DNA from: Paracoccaceae bacterium
GTDB lineage: Bacteria; Pseudomonadota; Alphaproteobacteria; Rhodobacterales; Rhodobacteraceae
Direction: 5' to 3'
Length of the DNA: 64,000 bases
Assembly: GCA_965216225.1 (NCBI GenBank)
Contig: CBDCFF010000024.1
Span: 27,321 to 91,320 of the forward strand
The notes below the pieces were generated by a model. It did no database searches. It saw only the letters and a program-made list of their open reading frames with translations, and was not told the origin of the DNA. Below, in pieces: positions 10,551 through 23,396 of this stretch. The position numbers were made by a program, and so were the translations under genes. How positions within the stretch are numbered: the stretch's first letter is position 1; every line of letters begins with the position of its first letter.

Positions 10551-10996
10551 TCCCGGTGCCGAGCAACACGCGGGTGTGGCTGGCGGCGGGTGTCACGGAC
10601 ATGCGGCGAGGGTTCAATACGCTGGCGGCCCAGGCCGGGAAGGTTTTGGCCGAAGACCCGTATTCCGGCCACCTGTTCGTGTTCCGGGGTCGGCGCGGCG
10701 ATCTGTTGAAGATCATCTGGTGGGATTGCCAGGGCGCGTGCCTGTTTTCGAAGCGGTTGGAGAAAGGGCGGTTTGTCTGGCCCGCTGCAAAGGACGGCAA
10801 GATCAGCGTCACACCCGCGCAGCTCTCAATGCTGTTGGAGGGGATTGACTGGCGGATGCCCCGTAAAACCTGGAGACCGTTGAGCGTAGGACAGGTCAAT
10901 AAATACGAGGCTTTGCGCGCTTTCTGGGTTCACCCCGGAATGCTGATCCGGTATAGGATCGGCGATGCTGAAGGACCTCGACATAGCCCCGGATGA
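10547..10996 (+). CDS. tnpB: IS66 orf2 (TnpB, IS66 type) with a C-terminal extension overlapping tnpC
   Basis: [28 protein letters not shown]...[18 protein letters not shown] is the conserved IS66 TnpB core. Confidence 0.85.
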   Translation: MIPVPSNTRVWLAAGVTDMRRGFNTLAAQAGKVLAEDPYSGHLFVFRGRRGDLLKIIWWDCQGACLFSKRLEKGRFVWPAAKDGKISVTPAQLSMLLEGIDWRMPRKTWRPLSVGQVNKYEALRAFWVHPGMLIRYRIGDAEGPRHSPG

Positions 10997-12482
10997 TCCT
11001 GCGGAACTGCGGGCAGTGAACCGGCTTCCGGCCGATGAAGTCAAGGCGCTGACCCTGAAGGTGGAACAACTCCAACACCAACTGGCGGGGCATGACCGGC
11101 ACCGGTCTGGATCGAAATCGGAAAGCCTCTACCAGCTCAATCTGGTCTTCCAGGAAGATGAGGCGATTGCCGAAGCCGCTGGAGAACAGGCGGCGCCTGC
11201 TCCAACGCCTGAAACGGACAAACCGGCCCGCCGGCACAGCCGCAAGCCCTTGCCCGATCATCTGGACCGGCACGAAGAGGTCTTGTCGCCGGGCGAGGAC
11301 TGCCGACGTTGCGGTGGGGCGTTGAAGAGGCTCGGTGAGGACGTGACCGAGGAGTTGGAATACAAACCGGGGCGTTTTGTCGTGAACCGGATCGTGCGTC
11401 CGCGTATGGCCTGTTCCTGTTGCGAGGCCATTGTCCAATCGCCGCTGCCATCGCGCCCGATCGAACGTGGCCGCCCGGGACCGGGGCTGCTGGCGCACGT
11501 GTTGGTCAGCAAATACGCGGACCACCTGCCGCTCTACCGTCAGTCGCAAATATACGCCCGTGAAGGCGTCGATCTTGATCGATCAACTCTGACCAATTGG
11601 GTTGGCGGCTCCACCGCGCTTCTGGAACCTCTGGCTGACACCATTGGCCGAATGGTCCGCCGAGGCGCGGCCACCTTCGCTGATGATACGCCTGTTAAAA
11701 TGCAGGCCCCCGGCAACAAGAAGACCAGGACCGCCCGTGTCTGGACCTGTGTTCGCGATGAACGACCATGGTCTGGATCATCACCGCCCTGCGCGTGGTA
11801 TCAGTTCACGATTGATCGCAAGGGCGAACATCCCGTCTCACATCTCTCCGGCTACAAAGGCTGGGTCCATGCGGACGGGTATTCCGGCTTCAACGGGGTA
11901 TTCGGTGAGGACAAGGCCCAGGAGATGGCTTGTTTGGCGCACGTCAGACGCAAGTTTGTAGACATCTTTGCCGCGCAAGGCTCATCGATTGCCGAAGAAG
12001 CCCTCCGCCGGATCGCGGAACTCCATGCCGTCGAGAAAGAGGCGCGTGGCAAACCGTCTGAAGAGCGCGTTGCCATCCGTCAGGAAAAGGCAAAACCGAT
12101 CTTCGATGAACTTGAGACCTGGTTACACGCGCAGTTGCCAAATATATCTGGCAAGTCGCCTCTGGCCCAAGCGATCCGTTATGCCCTTGGTCGTTTGCCA
12201 AAGGCACGCGGTTATTTGAACCATGGCTTTCTGGAAGCGGACAACAACATCGCCGAACGCGCCATAAAACCTGTCGCCACAGGTCGCAAAAATTGGATGT
12301 TCGCCGGTTCCGAGGGCGGTGGCAAAGCCATGGCCATCGCCTACACCCTGATCGAAACGGCAAAGCTTGATAAAGTCGATCCACAAGCCTGGCTCACATG
12401 GGTTCTCGCCCGCATCGCGGATCACAAGATCACTCGGCTGGACGAGCTGATGCCCTGGCGTTACGCTGCATCAGCAGCGTAA
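10965..12482 (+). CDS. tnpC: IS66 transposase TnpC
   Basis: 505 aa with CxxC zinc motifs (CRRCGG...CSCC), [14 protein letters not shown] and [11 protein letters not shown] signatures. Confidence 0.9.
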   Translation: MLKDLDIAPDDPAELRAVNRLPADEVKALTLKVEQLQHQLAGHDRHRSGSKSESLYQLNLVFQEDEAIAEAAGEQAAPAPTPETDKPARRHSRKPLPDHLDRHEEVLSPGEDCRRCGGALKRLGEDVTEELEYKPGRFVVNRIVRPRMACSCCEAIVQSPLPSRPIERGRPGPGLLAHVLVSKYADHLPLYRQSQIYAREGVDLDRSTLTNWVGGSTALLEPLADTIGRMVRRGAATFADDTPVKMQAPGNKKTRTARVWTCVRDERPWSGSSPPCAWYQFTIDRKGEHPVSHLSGYKGWVHADGYSGFNGVFGEDKAQEMACLAHVRRKFVDIFAAQGSSIAEEALRRIAELHAVEKEARGKPSEERVAIRQEKAKPIFDELETWLHAQLPNISGKSPLAQAIRYALGRLPKARGYLNHGFLEADNNIAERAIKPVATGRKNWMFAGSEGGGKAMAIAYTLIETAKLDKVDPQAWLTWVLARIADHKITRLDELMPWRYAASAA

Positions 12483-12528
12483 CCGGGACGACCGGCAGTA
12501 CGCCAAGGCTCCTTCACCGAACGGTCAC

Positions 12529-12565
12529 GCTGCAACCGTCATATTCTGGCTATGAGGACTGAGCC
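12529..12565 (+). mobile_element. terminal stub of an IS5/IS427-group element
   Basis: gctgcaaccgtcatattctggctatgaggactgagcc matches the right ends of the IS427-group copies (17511-17546 and the reverse complement of 28755-28790). Confidence 0.75.
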
Positions 12566-12797
12566 TAAGCATTTTTAATTTGCTAAGGGTTGTTCAGGCC
12601 GGACTCATTCACCCAACCTGGCGGCATCTGGATCCGTTTACCGCCATTCCCAACAAGATTTTCACACAGCATCCCGTTCTTCAGGTGTTTGCTGCGCATG
12701 TGGAATATATGCTTATCACCGCCCACAGCCGTAATGAGCTTCCTGGCCGTAGGAACGGGGCGTTTGATCTTATTATTCGGCGTGATCAGAAAAACAG
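12566..12797 (-). pseudogene. orphan lower-GC gene fragment (C-terminal about 70 codons), N-terminus removed by IS21 copy 2
   Basis: Minus-strand frame ...FLITPNNKIKRPVPTARKLITAVGGDKHIFHMRSKHLKNGMLCENLVGNGGKRIQMPPGWVNESGLNNP*. No family recognised. Confidence 0.35.
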
Positions 12798-12924
12798 TGT
12801 AGCGCGACAATCAAGATGAGAAGTGCGCGTCAATCAGGATGAGAATCCTTGGTCGCGACGTTTGGGACGATGCCGGGCTTTTGTGCCGCGATCAAGGGGT
12901 TTGTTTTTTGATTGTCGCGGAGCG

Positions 12925-15281
<2,357 letters not shown>

Positions 15282-15435
15282 TTATCCGAGCCGGCCACAA
15301 CCGTCAGGCCCGCCCCAAAAGGGCAAAACGCGTGTGCGGGGCCTCCCCAGTCGGGCTACGCCCTCCCTGCGAGCCCCCGCACACGCGTTCTCATCCTGAT
15401 TGACGCTGGATTCTCACCTTGTTTGTCGCGCAGCA

Positions 15436-16704
15436 GTGAGCGAAATCGATCAGCTGACCGCAGGAGTGTCAGGCAATCAAAGCCGTCAGCGCTTGTTTGT
15501 GATTTCTGCGGGAAACACGGATCAGAACCGCTTCCGCGGCGCGGACTATCTCTCGATTTGCGATGATCCTGATCACGAGATTGAATCTCCGGCTCAGGCT
15601 TGGAACCCCATCTGCGTTGGTGCCTATACCGAAAAGGTAAGGATGCCCGCTGGCTTGGCCGGACAGCCCGTCGCGCCAACGGGCGATCTATCGCCGTCGT
15701 CACGGACTGCGAGTTGGTCGAGGCACTGGCCCATCAAGCCTGATGTGGTGATGGAGGGTGGGAACTGGGTCCAGGACCGCCTTCCGCCCCCGATGAAGCA
15801 CTCGGCGCTCTCATTGCTTACCACTGATCACAACTACCCGTTGCGCTCTCTTACGACGACTGCGGACACGAGCGCTGCGACGGCGCTGGCAGCGAAGGCG
15901 ATCACAGAGCTCTGGGAAGGCTATCCACATCTGTGGCCCGAAACGATCAGAGCTCTCTTTGTTTCGTCTGCTCGGTGGACCGAACAGATGATGTCACACC
16001 TTCCGCAAAATCCTACAAAGGGAGACTTCGCTCGACTGTTTCAGAGGTATGGCTACGGCACCCCGGATATGGAGCGAGCACGGCGAAGCGCCGCTAATGC
16101 CTTTTCCTTGATAGTCCAGGATACGATCAATCCATACAGGCAGAGCGATCACCGTGGGGCCGATCCTGTCCACAATCAGATGAAGTTCTTCGAGCTACCT
16201 TGGCCGCGAAAAGCTCTCAGACAGCTTGGTGCAGCGGAGGTGACGCTCCGCGTAGCAATGAGCACCTTCGTCGAGCCCAATCCTTCAGAAGCGGCTCGCG
16301 GGTCAAAGTTTCGATATGCGTCTCACAATCTTCGGTTCAAACTGAGTCGTGCCAACGAGAACAGGGCGCAGTTTCAGACGAGGATCAACAAGCTCGCCGA
16401 TGACCCGGATGCTGAGCCTGTCGCTGACAATGACGGCTGGATATTCGGACGCAATCGACGCGACGTCGGCTCTCTGCACATCGATGAATTCCGTTGCCCC
16501 GCTTCCGATCTTGCGCGCCGAAACCTCCTCGCGGTCCACCCTGTCGCAGGCTGGTGGAAATCGAAGTCGATTCAAGACGTAATCCAAAAGAGTGCGCGTT
16601 TTGCACTTGTCATCGAGATGGATGCCGGTGAAGTGGAAGCCGAACTCTACGCTGAAGTCCAAGCGGCGATCGCGAACCTGAACCTCGCCCAGATTGTAGT
16701 GTGA
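15436..16704 (+). pseudogene. subtilisin-like (S8) serine peptidase, N-terminal part with catalytic Asp/His removed by IS21 copy 2
   Basis: Retains the oxyanion Asn (FVISAGN), IKPDVVMEGGN, and the Ser motif TADTSAATALAA (Ser codon 15871-15873), plus an uncharacterised C-terminal domain of about 270 aa. The frame starts exactly at the IS21 terminus. Confidence 0.75.
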
Positions 16705-16778
16705 AACTGACTAGGGTCAGGACCCATTGACTTTGTTTTGAACGTGTGAATCAGTGTTCTGCAAAACGGAGTAGTGAC

Positions 16779-17536
16779 ATGAGCGAGCCTTTCTGGCTGA
16801 CGGAGGCACAAACAGCGCGCCTTGAGCCCTTCTTTCCCAAGCCCCATGGCAAACCCCGGGTCGATGACCGTCGTGTGCCGAGTGGTATTATTTTCATTAT
16901 TCGCAACGGTCTACGCTGGCGCGATGCGCCTGTCGAATACGGCCCTCACAAAACGCTCTACAATCGGTTTGTGCGCTGGTCCCGCAAAGGTATTTTCGAA
17001 CGAATTTTCGAAGAATTGGCCAACCCCTCTGGCCCGGACGCCGACACCCTCATGATTGACGCAACCCATCTCAAAGCACATCGCACGGCGTCCAGTCTCA
17101 AAAAGGGGGGTCCGAGCCGCGCCTGATCGGGCGTACAAAGGGAGGGCTGAATACGAAATTGCATGTCGTTGGAGACGGTGCGGGTCGCCCTGTCAGGCTG
17201 CATCTGACGGCGGGTCAGCGTCGCGACTTCAAGGGTGCGGATGTTTTGCTGCCCAACCTGCCTGCGGCCAGGGTTCTGATCGCGGATCGGGGCTACGACA
17301 GCGTAAAGGTTCGAAAGATCATTGAAGATCAGAAGATTGAGGCTTGCATCCCTTCAAGGAAAAACCGCAACAAAACCATCCCCCACTGCGCCGAAACGTA
17401 CAAGAGGCGGCACAAGGTTGAAAACCTGTTCGCAAAACTCAAGGATTGGAGGCGCATCGCGATGCGCTATGACCGATGCGCACATATATTCAAATCCGCC
17501 ATATACATCGCTGCAACCGTCATATTCTGGCTATGA
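16779..17536 (+). CDS. IS427-group transposase, orfA/orfB joined by a putative -1 frameshift
   Basis: orfA is MSEPFWLTEAQ...SSLKKGG. orfB is ...LNTKLHVVGDGAGRPVRLHLTAGQ...DRGYDS...KRRHKVENLFAKLKDWRRIA. The frames overlap at the A5G6 run (17100-17110). Confidence 0.8.
17100..17110 (+). promoter_or_regulatory. putative programmed -1 frameshift run (AAAAAGGGGGG)
   Basis: It sits exactly at the orfA/orfB frame overlap. The same position in copy 2 (reverse complement of 29191-29201) reads AAAAAGGGGGC. Confidence 0.5.
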
Positions 17537-17546
17537 GTCCTGACCC

Positions 17547-18471
17547 TGGTCCCCCGGAATTGTACTTTGTATCATTGACTGAGCGGGAATTGAGGAGGAT
17601 GTTGCGATGGTGGGACGTTTGGCGGATGCAGTGGTTCTGAGCGAAGATGAGCGCCGTTTTCTCGAGGGTCAGGTTCGGCGTCACAAAGCGGCACGTTCGC
17701 TGTCGGACCGATGCCGGATGATCCTGCTGTGCGCCGATGGATTGGCGAGCAAGGAAGTGGCGGCCCGGCTTGGGGTGCATGAACACACAGTCGGCAAATG
17801 GCGCAGACGTTTTGTGCGATGCCGGATTGAAGGTCTCACCGACGAATACCGCTCCGGTCGCCCGCGCACCGTGTCGGACGATCAGGTGACTGCGGTGATT
17901 GAGCGCACGCTGAACACGACCCCGAGGGATGCGACCCATTGGTCGCTCCGAAGCATGGCAGCCGCGACGGGACTGTCGCACACCACCATCCGGCGGATTT
18001 GGAACGCGTTCGGCCTGCAACCGCACCGAAGCGAGACATTCAAGCTCTCAACCGACCCGCTGTTGGTGGACAAGGTGCACGATATCGTCGGGCTGTACCT
18101 GTCACCGCCGAACAGGGCTGTCGTGTTGTGTGTTGACGAGAAATCGCAAATCCAGGCGCTGGATCGCGAACAGCCTGTGCTGCCAATGGCGCCCGGCGTG
18201 GCCGAGCGGCGCACCCACACCTGCATCCGACACGGCACGACGTCGCTTTTTGCAGCACTGGATATCGCCACCGGCGCCGTGATCGGCAAATGCTGCAAGC
18301 GGCGCCGCGCCACCGGGTTCCTCGACGTCCTCAAACAGATCGACCGGCAGATGCCGGACGGGCCGGAGGTGCATATCGTCATGGACAATTACGCCACCCA
18401 CAAAACCCCGAAGATCAAGGCCTGGCTGGCACGCCGCCCGCATTGGCATGTCCACTTCACACCGACCTCGG
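17547..18471 (+). mobile_element. IS630-family (type a) element, copy 1, 3' end cut off by IS256
   Basis: Same left junction with IS427 as in copy 2 (...gaccc|tggtcccccggaattgta). The sequence stops at the IS256 IR at 18472. Confidence 0.8.
17607..18471 (+). pseudogene. IS630-family transposase, truncated after ...HWHVHFTP
   Basis: About 97% identical by eye to the 364-aa ORF at 27600-28694. It lacks the last 75 or so codons. Confidence 0.85.
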
Positions 18472-18821
18472 GAGTTATAGCCGAAAGTTGGTTATGGCGC
18501 TGATTGGCGGCCTATCATGGCGTTGTTCACGCGCCGCAATTCTCAGCAGAGAAAAGGATATGCCACATGACGAAGTCTACCATCACGCCGTTGCCCGGTC
18601 CATCGGGATTTTCGTCTGACCCGCTGACCGACATCCTGCAAACCGGCGCGCGCCAACTGCTCAAACAGGCGGTGGAAGCGGAATTGGCCACGCTCCTCGC
18701 CGCCCATGCCCGCGAGGTGACGGACGATGGCCGTGCGCGGCTGGTGCGCCATGGTCATCTGCCCGAGCGCGAGGTTATGACCGGCATCGGCCCGATAGCA
18801 GTGAAGGCGCCGCGGGTGCGG
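18472..18821 (+). mobile_element. IS256-family 5' fragment (IR plus first 85 or so codons) fused to a truncated IS110
   Basis: GAGTTATAGCCGAAAG IR at 18472 and MTKSTITPLP start at 18567. The frame ends ...GIGPIAVKAPRVR at a gcgg microhomology (18818-18821) shared with the IS110 palindrome arm. Confidence 0.8.
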
Positions 18822-19902
18822 CCCGAGGGGTGGCGGGGGATGGATCGATGATGCCCTGGTCTTTGAGGACCGTTCTCAAGATGGATCACCCCCGCCCTTT
18901 CGATGAACCCGAACAGATAGTGGAGGAGGGAACACCCCTGCCTCGTATGACAGGAACGGGAGACGAAAAGGTCATGAATGATACCATCGGCATCGACATC
19001 TCGAAAGATCATCTCGACACCCATCGCCTGAGCGATGGCAAGGCGAAACGCTTCACCAACGACCGGACAGGACTGAAGACGCTGAAGAACTGGATCGGCC
19101 CGCAGTGCTGCCGCGTCGTCTACGAGCCTACAGGACGCTATCATCGCGATCTGGAGGCCCGCCTTTCAAAGACGGCTCACGCCATGGTCAAGGTGAACCC
19201 CAAACGCGCCCGCCGCTTCGCCGAAGCGGTCGGCCAGTCCGCCAAAACTGACCGGATCGATGCGGAACTGCTGGCCCGCATGGGGGCGATGCTTGACCTG
19301 AAGGCTTCACCGTTGCGCGATGAACCCATGAACGATCTGCGGGAGGTGCATGTCGCCCGGAGCGCTCTCATCAAGGACCAGACTGCCTGCCGGAACCGGC
19401 TCTGCGGTGCGCGCAACACACTCGTCAAGGCGCAACTGAAAACCAGGATGCGCCAGATTGCAAAGCAACTTGCCCAACTCGATGCCGAGTTGAAGAAGCG
19501 TATCCGCGAGGATGCAAAGCTTGCCGGACAGTTCGAGATCCTGCGGTCGATCCCCTGCCGTCGCAATACTCATCGAAATGCCGGAGATCGGAACCTTGAC
19601 GCCCAAGCAGGCCGCCGCGCTTGCGGGCCTGGCTCCCTTCGTGCGCAAGTCCGGCAAATGGACAGCCAGAGCGAAAATCGGAGGCGGACGAGCCGGGCTT
19701 CGCCAGGCGCTCTACATGCCCGCCCTCGTCGCAGCGCGCTGCAATTCCCAACTCACCTGCGTCTACAAGGCTTTGCGTCAAAAGGGCAAGAAAGCCAAGG
19801 TCGCTCTTGTGGCAATCATGCGCAAGCTCATCATCCTCGCAAATACCTTGATCCGCGAAAACCGCCAGTGGTCCAAAATCAAACCTTGACCAAGACAGAT
19901 AT
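18818..19902 (+). mobile_element. IS110-family element, copy B, left about 67 bp deleted
   Basis: It starts inside the right arm of the palindrome that is intact in copy A. The right junction gacagatat|cttgagatagagcc is the mirror of copy A's junction. Confidence 0.85.
18974..19889 (+). pseudogene. IS110-family DEDD transposase with a frame break near 19550-19560
   Basis: The N-terminal frame runs to ...FEILRSIP. The canonical C-terminal domain (AVAILIEMPEIGTLTPKQAAALAGLAP...) is in the +1 frame. The same break occurs in copy A. Confidence 0.8.
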
Positions 19903-19994
19903 CTTGAGATAGAGCCACGGCAGCAGTTCCTCAATCGATCTGGTCTTGCGCAGCCAGGGTGGCAGGATCGACGAGGCGAAACGGATCTTTTCGT
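19903..19994 (-). mobile_element. IS256-family copy Y, internal piece between the IS110 copy B insertion and the copy Z insertion
   Basis: Encodes ...EKIRFASSILPPWLRKTRSIEELLPWLYLK on the minus strand. It ends with tcttttcgt (19986-19994), which is repeated at 23397-23405. Confidence 0.8.
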
Positions 19995-20025
19995 GAGCTA
20001 TGCCCGAAAGTTGGTGATGGTGTGA

Positions 20026-20761
20026 TCAGGCGGCGTTTTGAATTTGCTTGATCCCGTCTCTGAACTCAACCCCTTCAATGATCTCTGGCATGCGGTTGGC
20101 GCCGTCGAGCTTTCGCCACTTGGCCTGCGCTGACATCATCAGCTTGAATGCCATGGCCAACCCGGTCTTGCGGCTCAGGCAGCCTTTGGTTTTGCCGGTG
20201 CGGTGGCGGACGGTGGCGAAGGTGCTCTCGATCGGGTTCGTGGTTCGGATGTGCTTCCAGTGCTCAGCAGGGAAGCCGTAGAAGGAGAGCAGCACAGCCC
20301 GGTCTTTGGTCAGTTTCCCAACCGCCTTGTCATATTTCGCGCCGTAGGTTTCCACGAAGAAATCGAAGGCGGCCCCGGCTTCGGTCTTCGTTTCCGCCTG
20401 CCAGATATCATGCAGGTGGCCTTTGGCTTTGGCCTGCACCGATTTGGGCATGGCATTGAGAACGTTTCCGGTCTTGTGAACCCAGCACCGTTGTTCCCGG
20501 GTGCTGCCGAAGACTTCGCGCAGCGCCGCCCAGAACCCCAAGGCGCCGTCGCCAATGGCCAGATCGGGGGCGTGGGACAGCCCGCGACGCTTGAGATCGA
20601 GCAGCAACTCGCGCCAACTCTGCGTGCTTTCACGGTAGCCGTCGGTGAGCCCCAGAACCTCCTTGCGGCCCCACTCATCCGCGCCGATCAGCACCAGAAC
20701 GCATTGTTTCTGCTCTTCCATACGCGGTTGGAAATAGACACCATCGGCCCAGACATAGACG
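20026..20761 (-). pseudogene. IS256 transposase, C-terminal portion of copy Z
   Basis: ...VYVWADGVYFQPRMEEQKQCVLVLIGADEWGRKEVLGL...RCWVHKTGNVLNAMP...NPIESTFATVRHR. Confidence 0.88.
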
Positions 20762-20847
20762 GTAAGCGTCTGGTCTGGCTGCCCTGCCTGAGGCCGCAGA
20801 TGTCAGATAGTGTCCATGATCGTTAATGGACATTATCGAGGTCAGAT

Positions 20848-21198
20848 GTGGGCAGGAAGAAGCGCCGGAACTGGAGCAATAACGAGAAGCGGATGATCTG
20901 TGCGCAAACGCGGGTTCCGGGGATTTCGGTTAGTCAGGTTGCGCGGCGGTATGATGTGAATGCCAATCTCGTGTTTACGTGGCTGAGGGATGGGCGGTTT
21001 TCGCCTGATGGCGATACACGGAAGCAGGTTTTCTTTCTGCCGGTCGAGATAATTTCGGATGTGCGGCATGAAGCCGCGCCGCCGGTTGTGGCATGCGGCA
21101 GGATTGGGTTTGATCTTGTTTGCGGGCACCGGCTTTGTGTCAGCGGGACTTACGATCCCGATGCCCTTGCCGGCCTGATCCGTGGCTTGTCCGGATGA
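20848..21198 (+). CDS. tnpA: IS66 orf1 (TnpA-like)
   Basis: 116 aa, [46 protein letters not shown]. Confidence 0.85.
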   Translation: MGRKKRRNWSNNEKRMICAQTRVPGISVSQVARRYDVNANLVFTWLRDGRFSPDGDTRKQVFFLPVEIISDVRHEAAPPVVACGRIGFDLVCGHRLCVSGTYDPDALAGLIRGLSG

Positions 21199-21542
21199 TC
21201 CCGGTACCGTCGAACACGAAGGTGTGGCTGGCTGCCGGGGTAACGGATATGCGCCGGGGGTTTGCGACGCTGGCGGCTCAGGCGGAACAGACGCTGAAGC
21301 AGAACCCTTATTGCGGCCACATGTTCGTTTTCCGTGGACGGCGTGGCGATCTGATCAAGATCATTTGGTGGGACGGTCAGGGGGCCTGTCTGTTCTCCAG
21401 GCGATTGGAGAAGGGCCGGTTTGTCTGGCCTTCTGCAAAAGACGGCAAAGTCGCATTGACACCGGCCCAGTTGGCGATGCTTCTGGAGGGCATTGACTGG
21501 CGTATTCCGCAGCGCACATGGCGGCCATTGAAGGCGGGATAA
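21195..21542 (+). CDS. tnpB: IS66 orf2 (TnpB, IS66 type)
   Basis: [29 protein letters not shown]...[20 protein letters not shown]. 115 aa, a typical length. Confidence 0.88.
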   Translation: MIPVPSNTKVWLAAGVTDMRRGFATLAAQAEQTLKQNPYCGHMFVFRGRRGDLIKIIWWDGQGACLFSRRLEKGRFVWPSAKDGKVALTPAQLAMLLEGIDWRIPQRTWRPLKAG

Positions 21543-21602
21543 TCTGGCCGGATCAGTGATTTGGGGATTCCCTAAAGCCCGTTGATTTGCCAGGTTTTGG
21601 CC

Positions 21603-22778
21603 ATGATCGATGTGGCCCGAGCCTTACCGGAAGACCCCGATGAGTTGCGTGCTTTCACGCAGCTTCTGCTGGCCGAGGTGAAGTCTCAGGCGATGTTGAT
21701 CGAGAAGCTCAGGCACCAGTTATCCGGGCATCGCACACATAGGTTTGGCAGCAAATCCGAGAGCATCGAGCAGCTGCAACTGGCCCTGGAGAGCAGTGAG
21801 ATTGCAACGGCAGCGATGACAGCCAGGTTACGCCTGCCTGAAGAGGAGCCGCCCAAAGACAAACCCAAGCGCCGCCCGATCCCGGATCATATACCGCGCC
21901 AGCACATCGAACTGGCCACCGGAGATGATGCCTGTGCGGATTGTGGTGGCAAGCTGCGCCGCCTGGGCGAGGATGTGACCGAGGAACTGGAATATGTTCC
22001 GGGGCGCTTCATCGTGAACCGCATCACCCGGCCCCGCTTTGCCTGTTCGGGCTGCGACAGCTTCACCCAGGCACAGCTGCCATCGCGCCCGATTGAGCGC
22101 GGGCGTCCTGGACCAGGACTGTTGGCCCATGTTCTGGTCAGCAAATATGCCGATCATCTGCCGCTCTACCGGCAAAGCCGGATATTCGAGCGCGACGGGC
22201 TTGACCTTGACCGCTCAACGCTGGCCGATTGGGTGGGCAAATCCACGGCCCTACTGGAGCCACTGGCCGTTGCCATCGGACGACATGTGCAAGCAGGCCA
22301 GGCATTGTTTGCCGATGATACGCCGATCAAAATGCTAACGCCCGGGGCAGGCAAAACCCAGACCGCCCGCCTATGGACTTACATACGCGATGAGCGCCCC
22401 TGGGACAGCGAGGCGCCGCCTGCTGCCTGGTATCAGTTCTCGCCGGACCGCAGGGGTCAGCATCCCAAGGATCACTTGAAGAGATACCAGGGCTGGATGC
22501 ATGCGGACGGCTATTCCGGATTCAACGACCTCTACCGTTCTGGCGACATCCGCGAGGTCGCCTGCATGGCCCACATCCGGCGCAAGTTCGTCGATGTGCA
22601 TAAAGCCCAGGGCTCGGCCATCGCCGAAGAGGCGATCAAGCGGATAGCAGGGCTCTACGCTATCGAGAAAGAGGCCCGTGGATCGCCGCCGGATCAGCGT
22701 ACCGCCATACGGCAGGCCGAGGCCAGACCCGTCTTCGATGACCTGGGCAATTGGCTGGGTGCCCAACTGCCCGCTATC
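21603..22778 (+). pseudogene. tnpC: IS66 transposase TnpC, 3'-truncated
   Basis: Aligns with the 505-aa TnpC of copy 1 up to ...WLGAQLPAI and then runs into IS256 sequence. Confidence 0.85.
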
Positions 22779-23301
22779 CATAGACGAAACGCCGGGCACT
22801 GAGATCGCGGCGCTGCCAGCGTTCATACTCCGCCCCCCAGTCCGCTTTCAATCGCGAGATGGTGCTCGATGAAAGCCCTGCCGCGTTCGGCCCCAACAGC
22901 GCCCCAAGAGCCTCCTGGAAGTCGCCCGTGGAAATGCCCTTAAGATAGAGCCACGGCAGCAGTTCCTCAATCGATCTGGTCTTGCGCAGCCAGGGCGGCA
23001 AGATCGACGAGGCGAAACGGATCTTTTCGTCCACATTGCCCCGGTCCCGCATCCGCGGCACCTTCACTGGTACCGGGCCGATGCCGGTCATGACCTCGCG
23101 CTCGGGCAGATGACCATGGCGCACCAGCCGCGCACGGCCGTCGTCCGTCACCTCGCGGGCATGGGCGGCGAGGAGCGTGGCCAATTCCGCTTCCACCGCC
23201 TGTTTGAGCAGTTGGCGCGCGCCGGTTTGCAGGATGTCGGTCAGCGGGTCAGACGAAAATCCCGATGGATCGGGCAACGGCGTGATGGTAGACTTCGTCA
23301 T
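22779..23301 (-). pseudogene. IS256 transposase, N-terminal portion of copy Z
   Basis: MTKSTITPLPDPSGF...LPWLYLKGISTGDFQEALGALLGPN...RRFVY, which continues logically into 20761. Confidence 0.88.
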
Positions 23302-23396
23302 GTGGCATATCCTTTTCTCTGCTGAGAATTGCGGCGCGTGAACAACGCCATGATATGCCGCCAATCAGCGCCATCACCAACTTTCGGCTATAACTC

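Larger units (their letters stand above)
10097..12528 (+). mobile_element. IS66-family element, copy 1 (2432 bp, no target-site duplication)
   Basis: IRs GTGAGCGTCCGTTGAAGCC... (10097-) and ...CTTCACCGAACGGTCAC (-12528). Three-ORF IS66 layout. The flanks ggaaaaga and gctgcaac differ. Confidence 0.88.
16714..17546 (+). mobile_element. IS5-family, IS427-group element, copy 1 (833 bp)
   Basis: IRs GGGTCAGGACCCATTGAC (16714-) and ...GGCTATGAGTCCTGACCC (-17546), preceded by cTA. Two-frame transposase. Confidence 0.85.
20762..22778 (+). mobile_element. IS66-family element, copy 2 (a different IS66 species), lacking the normal right end
   Basis: Canonical IRL GTAAGCGTCTGG at 20762. tnpC stops about 105 codons short. 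The 8-bp repeat catagacg is still present on both sides (20754-20761 and 22779-22786). Confidence 0.85.
19995..23396 (-). mobile_element. IS256-family copy Z, inserted into copy Y and itself split by IS66 copy 2
   Basis: IRs GAGCTATGCCCGAAAG (19995-) and ...CTTTCGGCTATAACTC (-23396). Flanked by the 9-bp direct repeat tcttttcgt. 3402 = 1377 + 2017 + 8. Confidence 0.88.

Noticed and set aside
18830-19912. The 360-aa single ORF as an intact IS110 transposase.
   Set aside because: Its C-terminal 170 aa are Arg-rich nonsense. The canonical IS110 C-terminal domain is encoded in the +1 frame (19512-19889), so the gene carries a frame break.
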